DNA of 63,068 bases, counting the filler, from Octopus bimaculoides (lineage: Eukaryota), in NCBI RefSeq assembly GCF_001194135.2. It is 3 parts of 3 records of this genome, joined end to end, with 100 filler letters (N's around TTAATTAATTAA, not from the genome) between each part and the next. Parts side by side here need not be neighbours in the genome. Positions count along the whole stretch, not along the records: positions 1 to 18,634 come from NC_068995.1; 2 more parts are not named here. One strand, given 5' to 3'. Position 1 is the stretch's first letter, and each line of letters opens with the position of its first letter. Under the pieces are notes generated by a model. That model did not search any database. It had not been told where the DNA came from and saw only the letters and a list, made by a program, of their open reading frames with translations. Positions 1 to 13,364 of the stretch are shown in pieces. A program made the position numbers and the translations under genes.

Positions 1-410
1 TACATGCCAATATATACACACACACATATATATATTTACATACATAGACACACATGAGTAGATATGTGTGTGTATGTGAATGTGTGTGAGAGCGTGTGTA
101 TGTGTATAATCCTCATAGTAACATGTACACATGTATATATACATACATACGAGCATACATACATACATATATATATGCAATCACACTCACACATATGTGT
201 GTGTATGCACATATATACAAATATCCATATATTCACAGATATATATATATACGTATATATATACGTACACACACACACACACACATATATATATACGTAC
301 ACATGCACAGACATATATATACATACACATACAGACGTACACACACATACACAAACATACACAAACACACACACACTCACACTCCTACACACACACATAT
401 ATGCACTGAA
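1..410. repeat. Degenerate (TA)n/(CA)n microsatellite field
   Basis: Alternating purine-pyrimidine TA/CA/TG runs; overlapping ORFs are HTHT/YIYI artefacts. Confidence 0.95.
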
Positions 411-637
411 GATATTAGTCTCCTTCATTAGAAGTTTCTGGAATGTTTGTTATGGTTGATTTATAGTTTCTTAGAATTTAACAAATTTTTCATTTCAACT
501 TGACTTGTCTTTAAATGATGTGCAACATGAAACAGTACAACACTTCACTAATCAAAAAACGAAATAGATTGCTTAAAATTGACCAGAAAAAACTCATTAG
601 CAATACCAGTTCTACCAACCACGACCATCTCACTCTG

Positions 638-684
<47 letters not shown>

Positions 685-1237
685 NNNNNNNNNNNNNNNN
701 NNNNNNNNNNNNNNNNNNNNNNNNNNNNNNNNNNNNNNNNNNNNNNNNNNNNNNNNNNNNNNNNNNNNNNNNNNNNNNNNNNNNNNNNNNNNNNNNNNNN
801 NNNNNNNNNNNNNNNNNNNNNNNNNNNNNNNNNNNNNNNNNNNNNNNNNNNNNNNNNNNNNNNNNNNNNNNNNNNNNNNNNNNNNNNNNNNNNNNNNNNN
901 NNNNNNNNNNNNNNNNNNNNNNNNNNNNNNNNNNNNNNNNNNNNNNNNNNNNNNNNNNNNNNNNNNNNNNNNNNNNNNNNNNNNNNNNNNNNNNNNNNNN
1001 NNNNNNNNNNNNNNNNNNNNNNNNNNNNNNNNNNNNNNNNNNNNNNNNNNNNNNNNNNNNNNNNNNNNNNNNNNNNNNNNNNNNNNNNNNNNNNNNNNNN
1101 NNNNNNNNNNNNNNNNNNNNNNNNNNNNNNNNNNNNNNNNNNNNNNNNNNNNNNNNNNNNNNNNNNNNNNNNNNNNNNNNNNNNNNNNNNNNNNNNNNNN
1201 NNNNNNNNNNNNNNNNNNNNNNNNNNNNNNNNNNNNN

Positions 1238-1238
<1 letters not shown>
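685..1238. other. Assembly gap; others at 5638-6260, 7220-7352, 12301-12771, 17435-17733, 22401-22419, 37394-38020, 47664-47763, 49594-49946, 53158-53689, 55561-56010
   Basis: N runs, many flanked by dinucleotide microsatellites. Confidence 0.99.
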
Positions 1239-1288
<50 letters not shown>

Positions 1289-1949
1289 ATATGCATGCAT
1301 ATATATTCACATACACACATATATAGTATATAGTCAGTCGTAAGATTCGTTAGAATATAAGTATTTCAACAAGCTGAACGCTGGGAACGATAAGGTAGCG
1401 GATTCTATGAGTATGGGTAAATATATATACGCACATATATAAGATATATACATGCGTTATATACAGTTCTACACATACGTACATATGTACACATACATAT
1501 ACATACATTATACATATATATATATAGATAGATTGATGTATATATACATATATATATACATTCATATTCACGCGCATATATGCAAATATATACACACACG
1601 GGTACCCAATCCCATGTAATTTGATTCACTTAGCTGTAAATACGATCCATTTGGAGGTACAGTCATTGTACAAACTATAACATCTTTCGTGATTATAACT
1701 CCATTGTTTAATTAAACAGTGACAAATGGAATCAAAAAGCTAGAAATTTTAAAATTTTTATTTTAAAACAAAGAACAAATAACAGCCGGCAAATAATGCT
1801 ATTTTTCCTTTGTTTAGTGACAATGGCGAAAAGGGTTGTATGGTGAACGAGGTTAAAAAAGACATGAGGACAGAGGCATTCCACTTTGGTAGAGCCCACA
1901 TCGACGTTTTCAAGTTTCAATGGAAAGAAAAGTGAGAGGTGCTATTCTC

Positions 1950-2310
1950 CAGTTAATTTATTTAAGAATAGGTGAATATAGCAAAAATGGTCAGAGCGTA
2001 TGGCACCACTCTGAGTGTGAACTTATAAGTCGGAGAACAAGAATTGGAGAGTGCACTTGTTCAGTGAGATCTTGGATGGGGTTGTTCCTCGATTGATTTT
2101 AGATGTCATTCTGTATCAGGAGAGTTGCATCACTATCATCTTTTCTAAAAACTGATGTATTCCTTCTCTTCTTTTGTTTATATTGTGTACCCTGTATTCT
2201 TGTATTTATTATTTCTTATCTTATTCCTTTCGATGTAAATCCTCACGCTTTATGTCAGTCTTCGTATTATCCCTTTCATCCGTCAACCTCGTGACAAATA
2301 AAATCGTTAT
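1950..2310 (-). mobile_element. Possible very degenerate LINE apurinic-endonuclease fragment
   Basis: Minus-strand pieces such as KREDLHR, QEYRVHNINKR and RKDDSDATLLIQNDI loosely follow the APE N-terminal layout; many stops and frameshifts. Confidence 0.25.
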
Positions 2311-2713
2311 CATTACCATTATTAAGCTATTACTTGCTAATTTAATTAGGAGGAATGTTATCTTGAGGATTAGTGACAACGAGTTTCGTTAAATCTCCTC
2401 AAATCTCATAAGATTTTCTGAAGATTCTTGCAGAATATAGGCTGATGCTTTTCTACAGGTCGTCAACGTGAGTCGCGATTGTAATGTCTTTGGGTCTCTT
2501 AAATAGTAGTTTGGGTTCTGTTCCAAGTGCACAAATAACCACACGAATAATTGTTGTTTAAGTTCTTGCTCAATCTCTTCAGTTCTGTGGCTAGGTCCTG
2601 ATTTCTTTCATGTTATATCTTTAATTTCGCGCATACACATTGCTTGGTTTTGACTTTGTCGATTACACAGAATAGTAGGGTCAGTTGGACACCGGCTGTG
2701 AGAAAAACAGCTC

Positions 2714-3143
2714 ATGACACAATTCAGTCAGCCAGAAATTTGGGAACGACATGCTGTACTGTTTGGCATTCGCGCCGGAAGCTCCAATACGAACATTTCA
2801 GAGTGTTTTAGATGTCAAGCTGAGGACAGTACAATCTGAGGACATGTACTGAAAGTGATAAAAATCAAACATCCAGTCAACATCATGGTGTTCGGAGTGA
2901 TGGTGACGTTATGCCTCCATTCATCTTCCCACACAGCCTCACACTCAACAAGGAGACTTCCGTCAAGTGCCAGAACGAGGTAATGTTGTCCTGGGTGAAG
3001 AGGGAGGCTGCTGGAAGACCCTATGTCTGGCAACAGGACTCTGCACAATTCCACACTAACAGGAGAACCCAATGGCTATCAGATCCCTAGCATCTGACCA
3101 CCTAACTCCCCAGACTGCAACCCCTCTTGATTATTATGTGTGG
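2714..3143 (+). mobile_element. Internally deleted Tc1/mariner (maT-like) transposase relic
   Basis: Starts MTQFSQPEIWERHAVLFGIRAGSSNTNISEC (HTH), then jumps to KHPVNIMVFGV, VMPPFIFPH, AAGRPYVWQQDSA and PNSPDCNP/LDYYVW catalytic-domain motifs with frameshifts. Confidence 0.85.
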
Positions 3144-3502
3144 ACGATTTTTTTCAATTTCTTTAGCATCAAATCTGTTCTATGAAATTTCGAAGTCCCT
3201 GACCAGACACTGTTCGTTCATTTTGTCCTCTGAAATCAGATCAGCCTTCGTGGAGTGGGGGGGGACTCATAAATTAGATCCTGTAACGCTCATTCTCTAT
3301 CACTCTGTCATTACCCAATAATGGTAATAATGGTTAGTGATTATGCTGATAATGGCGAAGATGGTTAGTTACGGTCATGATGACGGTGACGAGAATCATA
3401 AAATTTAGTGAAGATCATTGTTGTGGAAATGACGTCGATAATAAAAACGATCCTTTTTATTATAGGCACACGGCCTGAACAATGATAAAAACAATAGGAA
3501 TG

Positions 3503-3514
3503 GTAATGATAACA

Positions 3515-3557
<43 letters not shown>

Positions 3558-3627
3558 CGATGATGATGATGATGATGATGACGATGATGATGATGATGAT
3601 GATGATGACGACGACGATGATGATGAC

Positions 3628-3659
<32 letters not shown>

Positions 3660-3785
3660 CGATGATGACGATGATGATGATGACGATGATGATGATGATG
3701 ATGATGATGATGAGTGTGATGATGATCGTGATTGTCGCAGAGGTGACAATGTTGAGGAGGAGGATGAGGAAGAGGAGGAGGAGGA
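3503..3785. repeat. (GAT)n/(GAC)n then (GAG)n trinucleotide repeat
   Basis: Direct reading; source of the poly-M/H/S ORFs. Confidence 0.97.
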
Positions 3786-3899
3786 AACATGAAGACTCTA
3801 AAAGAGCATGTCTTTATTGATTTTCACGATAATTGTTAGGAATTTGCAAAACTAGAAAAAGACATTAACAAAAGAATTCTTGATCAAATATATATATAC

Positions 3900-3930
<31 letters not shown>

Positions 3931-4258
3931 TGGACACACATATTCGGGGAAACTGCATAAGTCATACTAAATCTAAAAGGTATGGAGTCCTAATTTTTTC
4001 TTCTTTCTTTAGGGAGCAGGAAATATATTATTTACATGTTCTTCTAGTCGTATGGTTCCAAGACGAATTTACTACATAAGATTTCTTCTTGTGAGTTCAC
4101 TCGTTTAGATTCCAGAAAGAAATTACAAGCTGCATGAAATTAAAGAAAGGTTCTTAGAAAGAAGGACAAAAAAGAATAAAATTCTTAAAATGAAGTAGAT
4201 GAAATATAGTTATCATATAATATCAGGGACTTGGTTAACCGGACCTATGGACACCTCG

Positions 4259-4507
4259 TTGGGTTGGTGCATAATTATTGCGGCTTTTTTTCAACAAATT
4301 TTATTCAGCAAAAACAATAACATGTAACAAAAACATCTTTAAATGATTATTCCGGAGCATATTCACCATCTACTTCAATTACTGCTTTCCATTTGCTTGG
4401 CAGACAGTCAGACCGTCATTTAAGGATGTTTTTTTGTTAAATATTTTTATTGTTTTTGCTGAATAAAATTTGTCGTAAAAAGCCGCAATAATTATGCACC
4501 AACCCAA
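4259..4507 (-). mobile_element. Mariner-derived MITE (Hsmar1/MADE1-like termini) with about 90-bp inverted arms
   Basis: TTGGGTTGGTGCATAATTATTGCGGC...GCCGCAATAATTATGCACCAACCCAA; arms 4259-4346 and 4416-4507; the 69-nt spacer encodes LPSKWKAVIEVDGEYAPE* on minus, a mariner transposase C-terminus. Confidence 0.9.
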
Positions 4508-5606
4508 AATATATATATATGTGTGTGTATATGTATATATGTATATGTATATATGTATATATACGAAGAGAGAGTGAGAATTGATGTGTAGACACCAAAA
4601 GATATATTGGCATTAATTAAGAGTTCACTTTATAATAGCTCGTCAAACTCTGACACGTTGTAATTTTGCAGTAAATCTTGATAGAAGCTTGCATAATCGG
4701 CGAAAAAGATCCTTAGTAACGTATATATTGAGGAAAAAAAACAACAGAAATGCTTAAATTTCATCAATTGTGCATAATTTAATTACATTCAACAGGTGTT
4801 TCATTAGTAATAAACATCATTAATTCCATAATTGCATAAATAATATATATATATATATAGATAGATTTGTGTTTGCATGTATGTATGTATGTATTTATGT
4901 ATACGTATATACATATGTAATTAATTTAAATTTAATTAATGTAGAATGATGTTAATCCTAAATCATCTGGAGTGTTATGACGTGTATTATGACTTGTGAA
5001 TCTATTTATTGGTTTAAATATAAATGAGACGGACTTAAACTGATGGGGAAAGAAGCAAAATAAAAACAGTTTCTGATTAACATAACACATAACATCTATT
5101 TGTATGTAAAGAATACAGATAAAGAAAGTGAACGAGTAAAACATGGCAGATGAAAATGAATAGAAAACATGTGAATATCCACGTGTATAAATATATATTT
5201 GTATACATATGTTTGCGTGTCTATAAACGAGTGCGTATGCTTGTAAGTCTGTGGCAACAAGGATATCACATTGTCTTCGGAATATTCTCTGGAAATCAAC
5301 AATTCCACAACATAGTTCCATCAAAATAGTCACGTAGTGAAATCGAAGGCCGAGTAAATGCACTGCGCATGACTAGAATACATTGATAAGAATATAAAAG
5401 TGTGTGTGTGGCCGTGGGAAGATACCTATACTCAGCATATACGCACGAGAATTGTGTGAGATTGGATGTTTATGAAAGTGAGAATATGTTGAGTGTACAT
5501 ATATACGCATGCCCACATACAAGACCAACACCTATGTTTTCTAAGCTGCATATTCTAGAATATATAAGTGGGTGTTTTGTTGTATACGTATATGTGTGTG
5601 TATGTA

Positions 5607-5637
<31 letters not shown>

Positions 5638-6260
5638 NNNNNNNNNNNNNNNNNNNNNNNNNNNNNNNNNNNNNNNNNNNNNNNNNNNNNNNNNNNNNNN
5701 NNNNNNNNNNNNNNNNNNNNNNNNNNNNNNNNNNNNNNNNNNNNNNNNNNNNNNNNNNNNNNNNNNNNNNNNNNNNNNNNNNNNNNNNNNNNNNNNNNNN
5801 NNNNNNNNNNNNNNNNNNNNNNNNNNNNNNNNNNNNNNNNNNNNNNNNNNNNNNNNNNNNNNNNNNNNNNNNNNNNNNNNNNNNNNNNNNNNNNNNNNNN
5901 NNNNNNNNNNNNNNNNNNNNNNNNNNNNNNNNNNNNNNNNNNNNNNNNNNNNNNNNNNNNNNNNNNNNNNNNNNNNNNNNNNNNNNNNNNNNNNNNNNNN
6001 NNNNNNNNNNNNNNNNNNNNNNNNNNNNNNNNNNNNNNNNNNNNNNNNNNNNNNNNNNNNNNNNNNNNNNNNNNNNNNNNNNNNNNNNNNNNNNNNNNNN
6101 NNNNNNNNNNNNNNNNNNNNNNNNNNNNNNNNNNNNNNNNNNNNNNNNNNNNNNNNNNNNNNNNNNNNNNNNNNNNNNNNNNNNNNNNNNNNNNNNNNNN
6201 NNNNNNNNNNNNNNNNNNNNNNNNNNNNNNNNNNNNNNNNNNNNNNNNNNNNNNNNNNNN

Positions 6261-6333
<73 letters not shown>

Positions 6334-6992
6334 GTGTGTGTATCTTGATAATATTAAAGCTCTAGGGTTGTTTGTGTGTAACTGAAATATCTCAGAAAAA
6401 GTATATTTTATCTTAATTATTTTTTTTATATATTTTTTTTCATACTTACCCTCCGCCGTGTTGTACAAAATTTTTGTGACATTTGAACCGCTATTTAAAC
6501 GATTAAACACAATTTTTGCTACTTCTTGGTGAAAAAAAACACATGACTTCCATGACGTCAACACATATACACGCATACAAAATACACACATATATAATGA
6601 ATGTCATGGCGTGTCTATCAACACAAACACACATTCGCTGTGACATATACACACACATTGTCTTCGCGCTCTATAAGAAAAAAAACCATTGACTTTTTGA
6701 TGTGCACAGTATTTTAATCATTTAGAAGTATTCGTAACTGAATGTGATTTCATCATCCGGAGTTCTTTAATTTCCGTAAAAAATTTATATTTATTTACTT
6801 TTTTAAGTGAAAGAGAGGAGAAAGTGAAAGAGAGGAGAAAGTGAAAGATGTATGTACATGTATATGAAATGGAAAGTACGTGCGCACGTCTGTGTGTGAG
6901 AGAAAGAGTGTGTGTGTGTGTGAGTGAGTGAATGTGTGTGTTCTCATGTATGTGTAAGTGGCGCACTCTCTCTATCTCCCTATCTTTCTATC

Positions 6993-7741
<749 letters not shown>

Positions 7742-8280
7742 CATTTGGCATCATTGGCAAAAAGAAAATTTATTGTGATAGAGAATATAAGCGTAAAGAG
7801 TTTCTTACGGCTATTTCCAGAATATTCAAGCATGTGGATCATGAAATTGAGTAAGAATTCCATCATGTCATCAAAGAGGGAGAAGTGAGAGAAATGTAAA
7901 GATGTAAAGAAAATGTAAAAAGTATTATCCCTAATCGAAGATATTAGTGTATTCCAATTTAGCAAAAGTTTAGGAAGGGTGCGAATAAAATAGGTAAGCG
8001 TTACTCAGTTCCATGATCGAGTAAATAATATTGTTATAGGAAAGGTCCATTTGCAGTTCTAAGTGAGAATGTTCGATGATAATCCATGGTGAGGAATAGT
8101 GGAAGTTATCAGTTCAATTTTTGAGTTGAGAGTAAATGAAGTTCAAGCAGGAATATTAACTATAGTGTGGAGGAAAGACAGAGGGAGATGTAGTAAAGTT
8201 GGTTATCCCAACTCACTGGCATTTTGATGCAGTTTGAACTCAGGACATCAAAAACTATAAAAAACATAACACTACAATTT

Positions 8281-8546
8281 CTACTAATCAACCGCCTTCG
8301 TACTTTATTAATTCTCCCCTGACGACGTATCACTGCTAATCATTGATAATTAATAAAAGACTAAATTTCTGTGAGTGGACCTTTTGGTTAGAGATTGGCT
8401 TATGAAAATATTTCTACCAATCAACCGCCTTCGTACTTTATTAATTCTCCCCTGACGACGTATCACTGCTAATCATTAATAATTAATAAAAGACTAAATT
8501 TCTGTGAGTGGATCTTTTGGTTAGAGATTGGCTCATGAAAATATTT
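8281..8546. repeat. 133-bp direct tandem duplication
   Basis: Units 8281-8413 and 8414-8546 differ at 4 positions. Confidence 0.95.
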
Positions 8547-9297
8547 AAAAAGTCCTTAGAAAAATACACAAACGGTGCGTGAGTTTGACTTTGTGAGACA
8601 GAGTATAATTATACGCATGTGTACGTGTGTGAATGCGTGTGTGAGAGAGTGAATGGCCGCATGTGTATGTGAATGTGTACGTTTGAATGTGTGTCCATAT
8701 GTGTTAGTATTCGCACGTGCATGCTTCTATACGTGTGAGAGTGTGAGCGTTCTTAAGTGCATGTGCGTTAATGTAAGTGCGAATGCTCGCTTATGCATGT
8801 GGATAAATGCGTGTGAGTGCGTGTTTGTGTGTGTGTGTATGTGTGTGAGAGAGAGTGACAGAGAGACAGAGAAAAAGAGAGTATGGGTGAATGTGTATAA
8901 TTTTGCTCTATATAGGTCTGACTGTACCGAATCATTTTCTTCCTTTGTTTGTTTTGTGTCAGTCTTTTCTACGTGTTGCCTTTTTTTTATGCAAATATTG
9001 TCTTTTTATTTTATTTTCACAAACTGAAGATATCAACAACAACGACAAAAAAACTCGTCTTTTTGCAGACGGACGGATATATCACTAGATTAGATACATG
9101 GAGACAGATGTGGATAGACGTCGGTGTGTATTGTGGTGGGGTGAGCATATATATGCATATACATATATACAGACATATGTATATATACATATATGCACAT
9201 ATATACATATGTGAAGATATATATATATAATATATATACATATCTATATATATATAATATGTAGATGTATGTACGTATGTAAGTAGATATACATATG

Positions 9298-9342
<45 letters not shown>

Positions 9343-9416
9343 ATAATGTATGTAGATGTATGTATATATATTTAATATACAGGCACATATGCATATATTG
9401 TATGCCTATAAATGTG

Positions 9417-9451
<35 letters not shown>

Positions 9452-9488
9452 GCACACTTGCACACATGCGCCCACTCGAACACACACA

Positions 9489-9526
<38 letters not shown>

Positions 9527-9606
9527 CATGCTCACGCACGCACGCACATGCGCACACACACACACACACACACACAGACACACAGAAGTAAGTAGATGAG
9601 AGTGGA

Positions 9607-9683
9607 TAACAATCAGAGACTGCCGATTGCAGTGTCTGATTGTTACAATCAGGAATAGATTCACACCAAATCTATTCCTGATT
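9607..9683. other. Two adjacent hairpins
   Basis: 9607-9623 pairs with 9629-9645 (17 bp, 1 mismatch); 9647-9661 pairs with 9669-9683 (perfect 15 bp). Confidence 0.9.
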
Positions 9684-9863
9684 CTCCATCAGGAATAGTT
9701 TCAGTGCGAATTCCAGTGCCAAAAATGGCGAGAACGGTGCAAACGATGACAACGTCGAAAATTATAGAAAACATTATCTGTGAAAGAACATCTGTAATCT
9801 GGTCTCTTTAGAAAGTGAGAAATATAAAAAAAATACATTACCTGCATTTTATTTTTTTCATTA

Positions 9864-9978
<115 letters not shown>

Positions 9979-10238
9979 GGTGGCGAGCTGGCAGAAGTGT
10001 TAGCACGCCGGGCGAGATGCTCAGCGGCGTTTCGTCCGTCTTTACGTTCCGAGTTCAAATTCCGCTGGGATTGACTTTGCCTTTCATCCTTTCGGTGTCG
10101 ATTAAATAAGTACCAGTGAAACACTGGGGTCGATGTAATCGACTTACCCTTCCCCCGAAATTGCTGGCCTTGTACCGAAATTTGAAATCCTTAGTAGTAG
10201 TGGTAGTAGTAGTTGTAGTAGTAGTGGTAGTAGTAGTT

Positions 10239-10275
<37 letters not shown>

Positions 10276-10421
10276 GGTGGCAAGCTGGCAGAAGTGTTAG
10301 AGCGCCGGGCAAAATGCTTAGCGACATTTCGTCCCAGTTAGCGTTCTGAGTTCAAATGTAATAGACTTAGCCCCTCCTCCGAAGTTGCTGGCTTCGCACC
10401 ACAATTCGAAATCATTATTAT
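9979..10421 (+). mobile_element. tRNA-derived SINE family A, head-to-tail dimer (9979-10190, 10275-10421) separated by (AGT)n
   Basis: A-box-like TGGCGAGCTGGCAGAA, B-box-like GAGTTCAAATTCC, CTTTCATCCTTTCGG..GATTAAATAAGTACCAG body, TTTGAAATCATTATT tail; second copy internally deleted. Confidence 0.85.
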
Positions 10422-10469
10422 TTTGGGTTGCCTCAGGTTCGTTCTTATTCCTGGTAGGATTTATGTGGG

Positions 10470-10549
10470 CATCACCGAGTACAACCAGATCGGTAAAAAT
10501 ATTTGGCGGTGAGAGGGTGGCAAAGACGGACACGAAGACACACATAGAT

Positions 10550-10609
<60 letters not shown>

Positions 10610-10760
10610 GACGGACTTCTGACAGTTTCCGTGCATTAAATCCACTCACAATCCGAGGCTATAGTAGAAGACACTTGGCTAAGGTGCCACGCAGTGGGAC
10701 TGAACACTTGGAACCATGTAGTTGAGAAGCAAACTTCTTACCACCCAGCCACGCCTGCCT
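10470..10760 (-). mobile_element. tRNA-derived SINE family B (CORE-like head, internal microsatellite)
   Basis: Minus strand GCAGGCGTGGCTGGGTGGTAAGAAG..GTTCAGTCCCACTGCGTGGCACCTTAGCCAAGTGTCTTCT followed by (TA)n. Confidence 0.85.
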
Positions 10761-11404
10761 CTATTATATATAAACATTATATTTTTGTGTCTTGTTCACA
10801 TAAATGTGGTCGATGTGGTGTCTAAAAGAGAACACAGGAACAGCCTGATTAAATAATAATGAAGAGACACGTTTTAAGAACATGAGCATTATTAATTGTT
10901 TAATTACAGAAGCACAGTTTAACAAACAAAAATCAACAGAATTCCCATGGGCTTTGATAGAAGTAAAACAGAATGTGTGTGAGACTGTAATAGTGATAAC
11001 TACAACGACGATTCACAAACGGACGTGCATGCACGCTGAGCAAAAGTTTAAGAAGAAATAATATTTGAGCGAGAGTTTTACGAGTGTTGCTAGCCGAATA
11101 GATGAATTAGACATGACGAAAATTATGCATAAACAGACAGTTAGGTAAAGACGTGTTAAGTTACACAGTCTTCCCTTGTCTGAACAAATATATTCGAGAA
11201 TTCTTCAAGAAACGGGGAAGCAGACGTGAAGAGAAGGCAGCAGAGGGCAGTTGGCTATAGTTTCCAGGCTTCCATTGGTCAAAATTCCTAAGATAAAAGA
11301 GGAAGTCACTTCGTGCTCGGTCCTAGAAGCTAGCCATCAGGGACCTCGTTTTGTATGTGGGCCTTGTGGACAACAAATGAAAAATTATTAAAAATTAAAC
11401 GTTA

Positions 11405-11420
11405 TCACTACAACTACTAT

Positions 11421-11484
<64 letters not shown>

Positions 11485-11527
11485 GCTGCTGTTGATGTTG
11501 CTGTTGCTGCTACTACTACCACCACTA

Positions 11528-11592
<65 letters not shown>

Positions 11593-11814
11593 GCTACTAC
11601 TACTAGCATGATAGTGATGATGGTAATGATGATGATGATAATGACGATGAGAATGTTGACTGATGGTAGTAGTGGTGGTGGTGGTGGTGGTGGTGGTGGT
11701 GGTGGAGGTGATGTTGGTGGTGGTGGAGGTGGTATGGTGACAATGATGAAGGTGACGATGATACTATCAAGATTACTATCGCCACAATTACAGCCATCAT
11801 TCCACTACTACTGC

Positions 11815-11849
<35 letters not shown>

Positions 11850-12028
11850 ATAGCAGCAGCAGCATCATTATCATCCTCATCATCATCACCACCACCACCC
11901 CACCACTACCATCCGTGAAAGTCATCATCATCGTTATCATCATCATCATCATCATTGTCATCATTATCATAATCATTCATCTTCATTATCTTCAGCATTG
12001 TAGTCATCGTCATATTCATCATCTTTAT

Positions 12029-12097
<69 letters not shown>

Positions 12098-12100
12098 CGT
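11405..12100. repeat. Compound (ACT)n/(GAT)n/(GGT)n/(AGT)n/(CAT)n/(CT)n tract
   Basis: Direct reading. Confidence 0.95.
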
Positions 12101-12771
12101 ACAGTATTACCTCCAATGCTCTGCTCTGTAATATAATTCATTATTGAGCTGTCAAACTTGAATGACGTCTGAAGCACGAGTTATTATAACTTTGCTCGTT
12201 GCCAATTGAATGGCGATGGAGATAGACAAACATACATAAATATATACATACATACCTATATATATATATATATATACATATATATATACATATATATATA
12301 NNNNNNNNNNNNNNNNNNNNNNNNNNNNNNNNNNNNNNNNNNNNNNNNNNNNNNNNNNNNNNNNNNNNNNNNNNNNNNNNNNNNNNNNNNNNNNNNNNNN
12401 NNNNNNNNNNNNNNNNNNNNNNNNNNNNNNNNNNNNNNNNNNNNNNNNNNNNNNNNNNNNNNNNNNNNNNNNNNNNNNNNNNNNNNNNNNNNNNNNNNNN
12501 NNNNNNNNNNNNNNNNNNNNNNNNNNNNNNNNNNNNNNNNNNNNNNNNNNNNNNNNNNNNNNNNNNNNNNNNNNNNNNNNNNNNNNNNNNNNNNNNNNNN
12601 NNNNNNNNNNNNNNNNNNNNNNNNNNNNNNNNNNNNNNNNNNNNNNNNNNNNNNNNNNNNNNNNNNNNNNNNNNNNNNNNNNNNNNNNNNNNNNNNNNNN
12701 NNNNNNNNNNNNNNNNNNNNNNNNNNNNNNNNNNNNNNNNNNNNNNNNNNNNNNNNNNNNNNNNNNNNNNN

Positions 12772-12806
<35 letters not shown>

Positions 12807-12919
12807 ATTGCTGTATGTTCCCGACGTTTGGAAATCGGAGAGAATCACGATTTAAAGCCATGTCCTCGATGCAGAGTGGATTTATCATTAAAATAATGAT
12901 TCTTACGAGATTAGTTTAT

Positions 12920-12920
12920 C

Positions 12921-12960
<40 letters not shown>

Positions 12961-13294
12961 TTGTCTGCTTGGATGAATGCGTGTGTGTGTGTGTGTGTGT
13001 GCGTTTGTTTGCTTTTATTGTGTGTGTTTGTGTGTGTATCTGTATTTGTGTGTGTGTTAAACATATAGGGAGAATGAGCGAGAGGAAAAAAGAAAAAGTG
13101 GAAGAAAGGAAAGAAGGAAAGAAAGAAAGGAAGGAAGTAAGAAACAAACAAACAAACAAAGACAGAAAGAAAGAATGAAGGAAGGAAGGAAGGAAGGAAG
13201 GAAGGAAGAATGAATGAATGAGGAAACAAGGAAGGAAATAACCTGAATATTTTCTCTTTTTTGTGATATGTGTATGTGTGTGTGTATGTGTATG

Positions 13295-13327
<33 letters not shown>

Positions 13328-13340
13328 ATAGGTATATACA
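12920..13340. repeat. (GT)n and (GAAG)/(AAAC)/(GAAA) microsatellites
   Basis: Direct reading. Confidence 0.9.
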
Positions 13341-13364
13341 CCTATATGTGTGTATATTTTTGTT

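Noticed and set aside
6805-6847. 17-bp repeat AAGTGAAAGAGAGGAGA x2.5
   Set aside because: Ordinary slippage duplication in purine-rich sequence
8281-8546. CRISPR-like array
   Set aside because: Two long adjacent units with no spacers, in eukaryotic DNA
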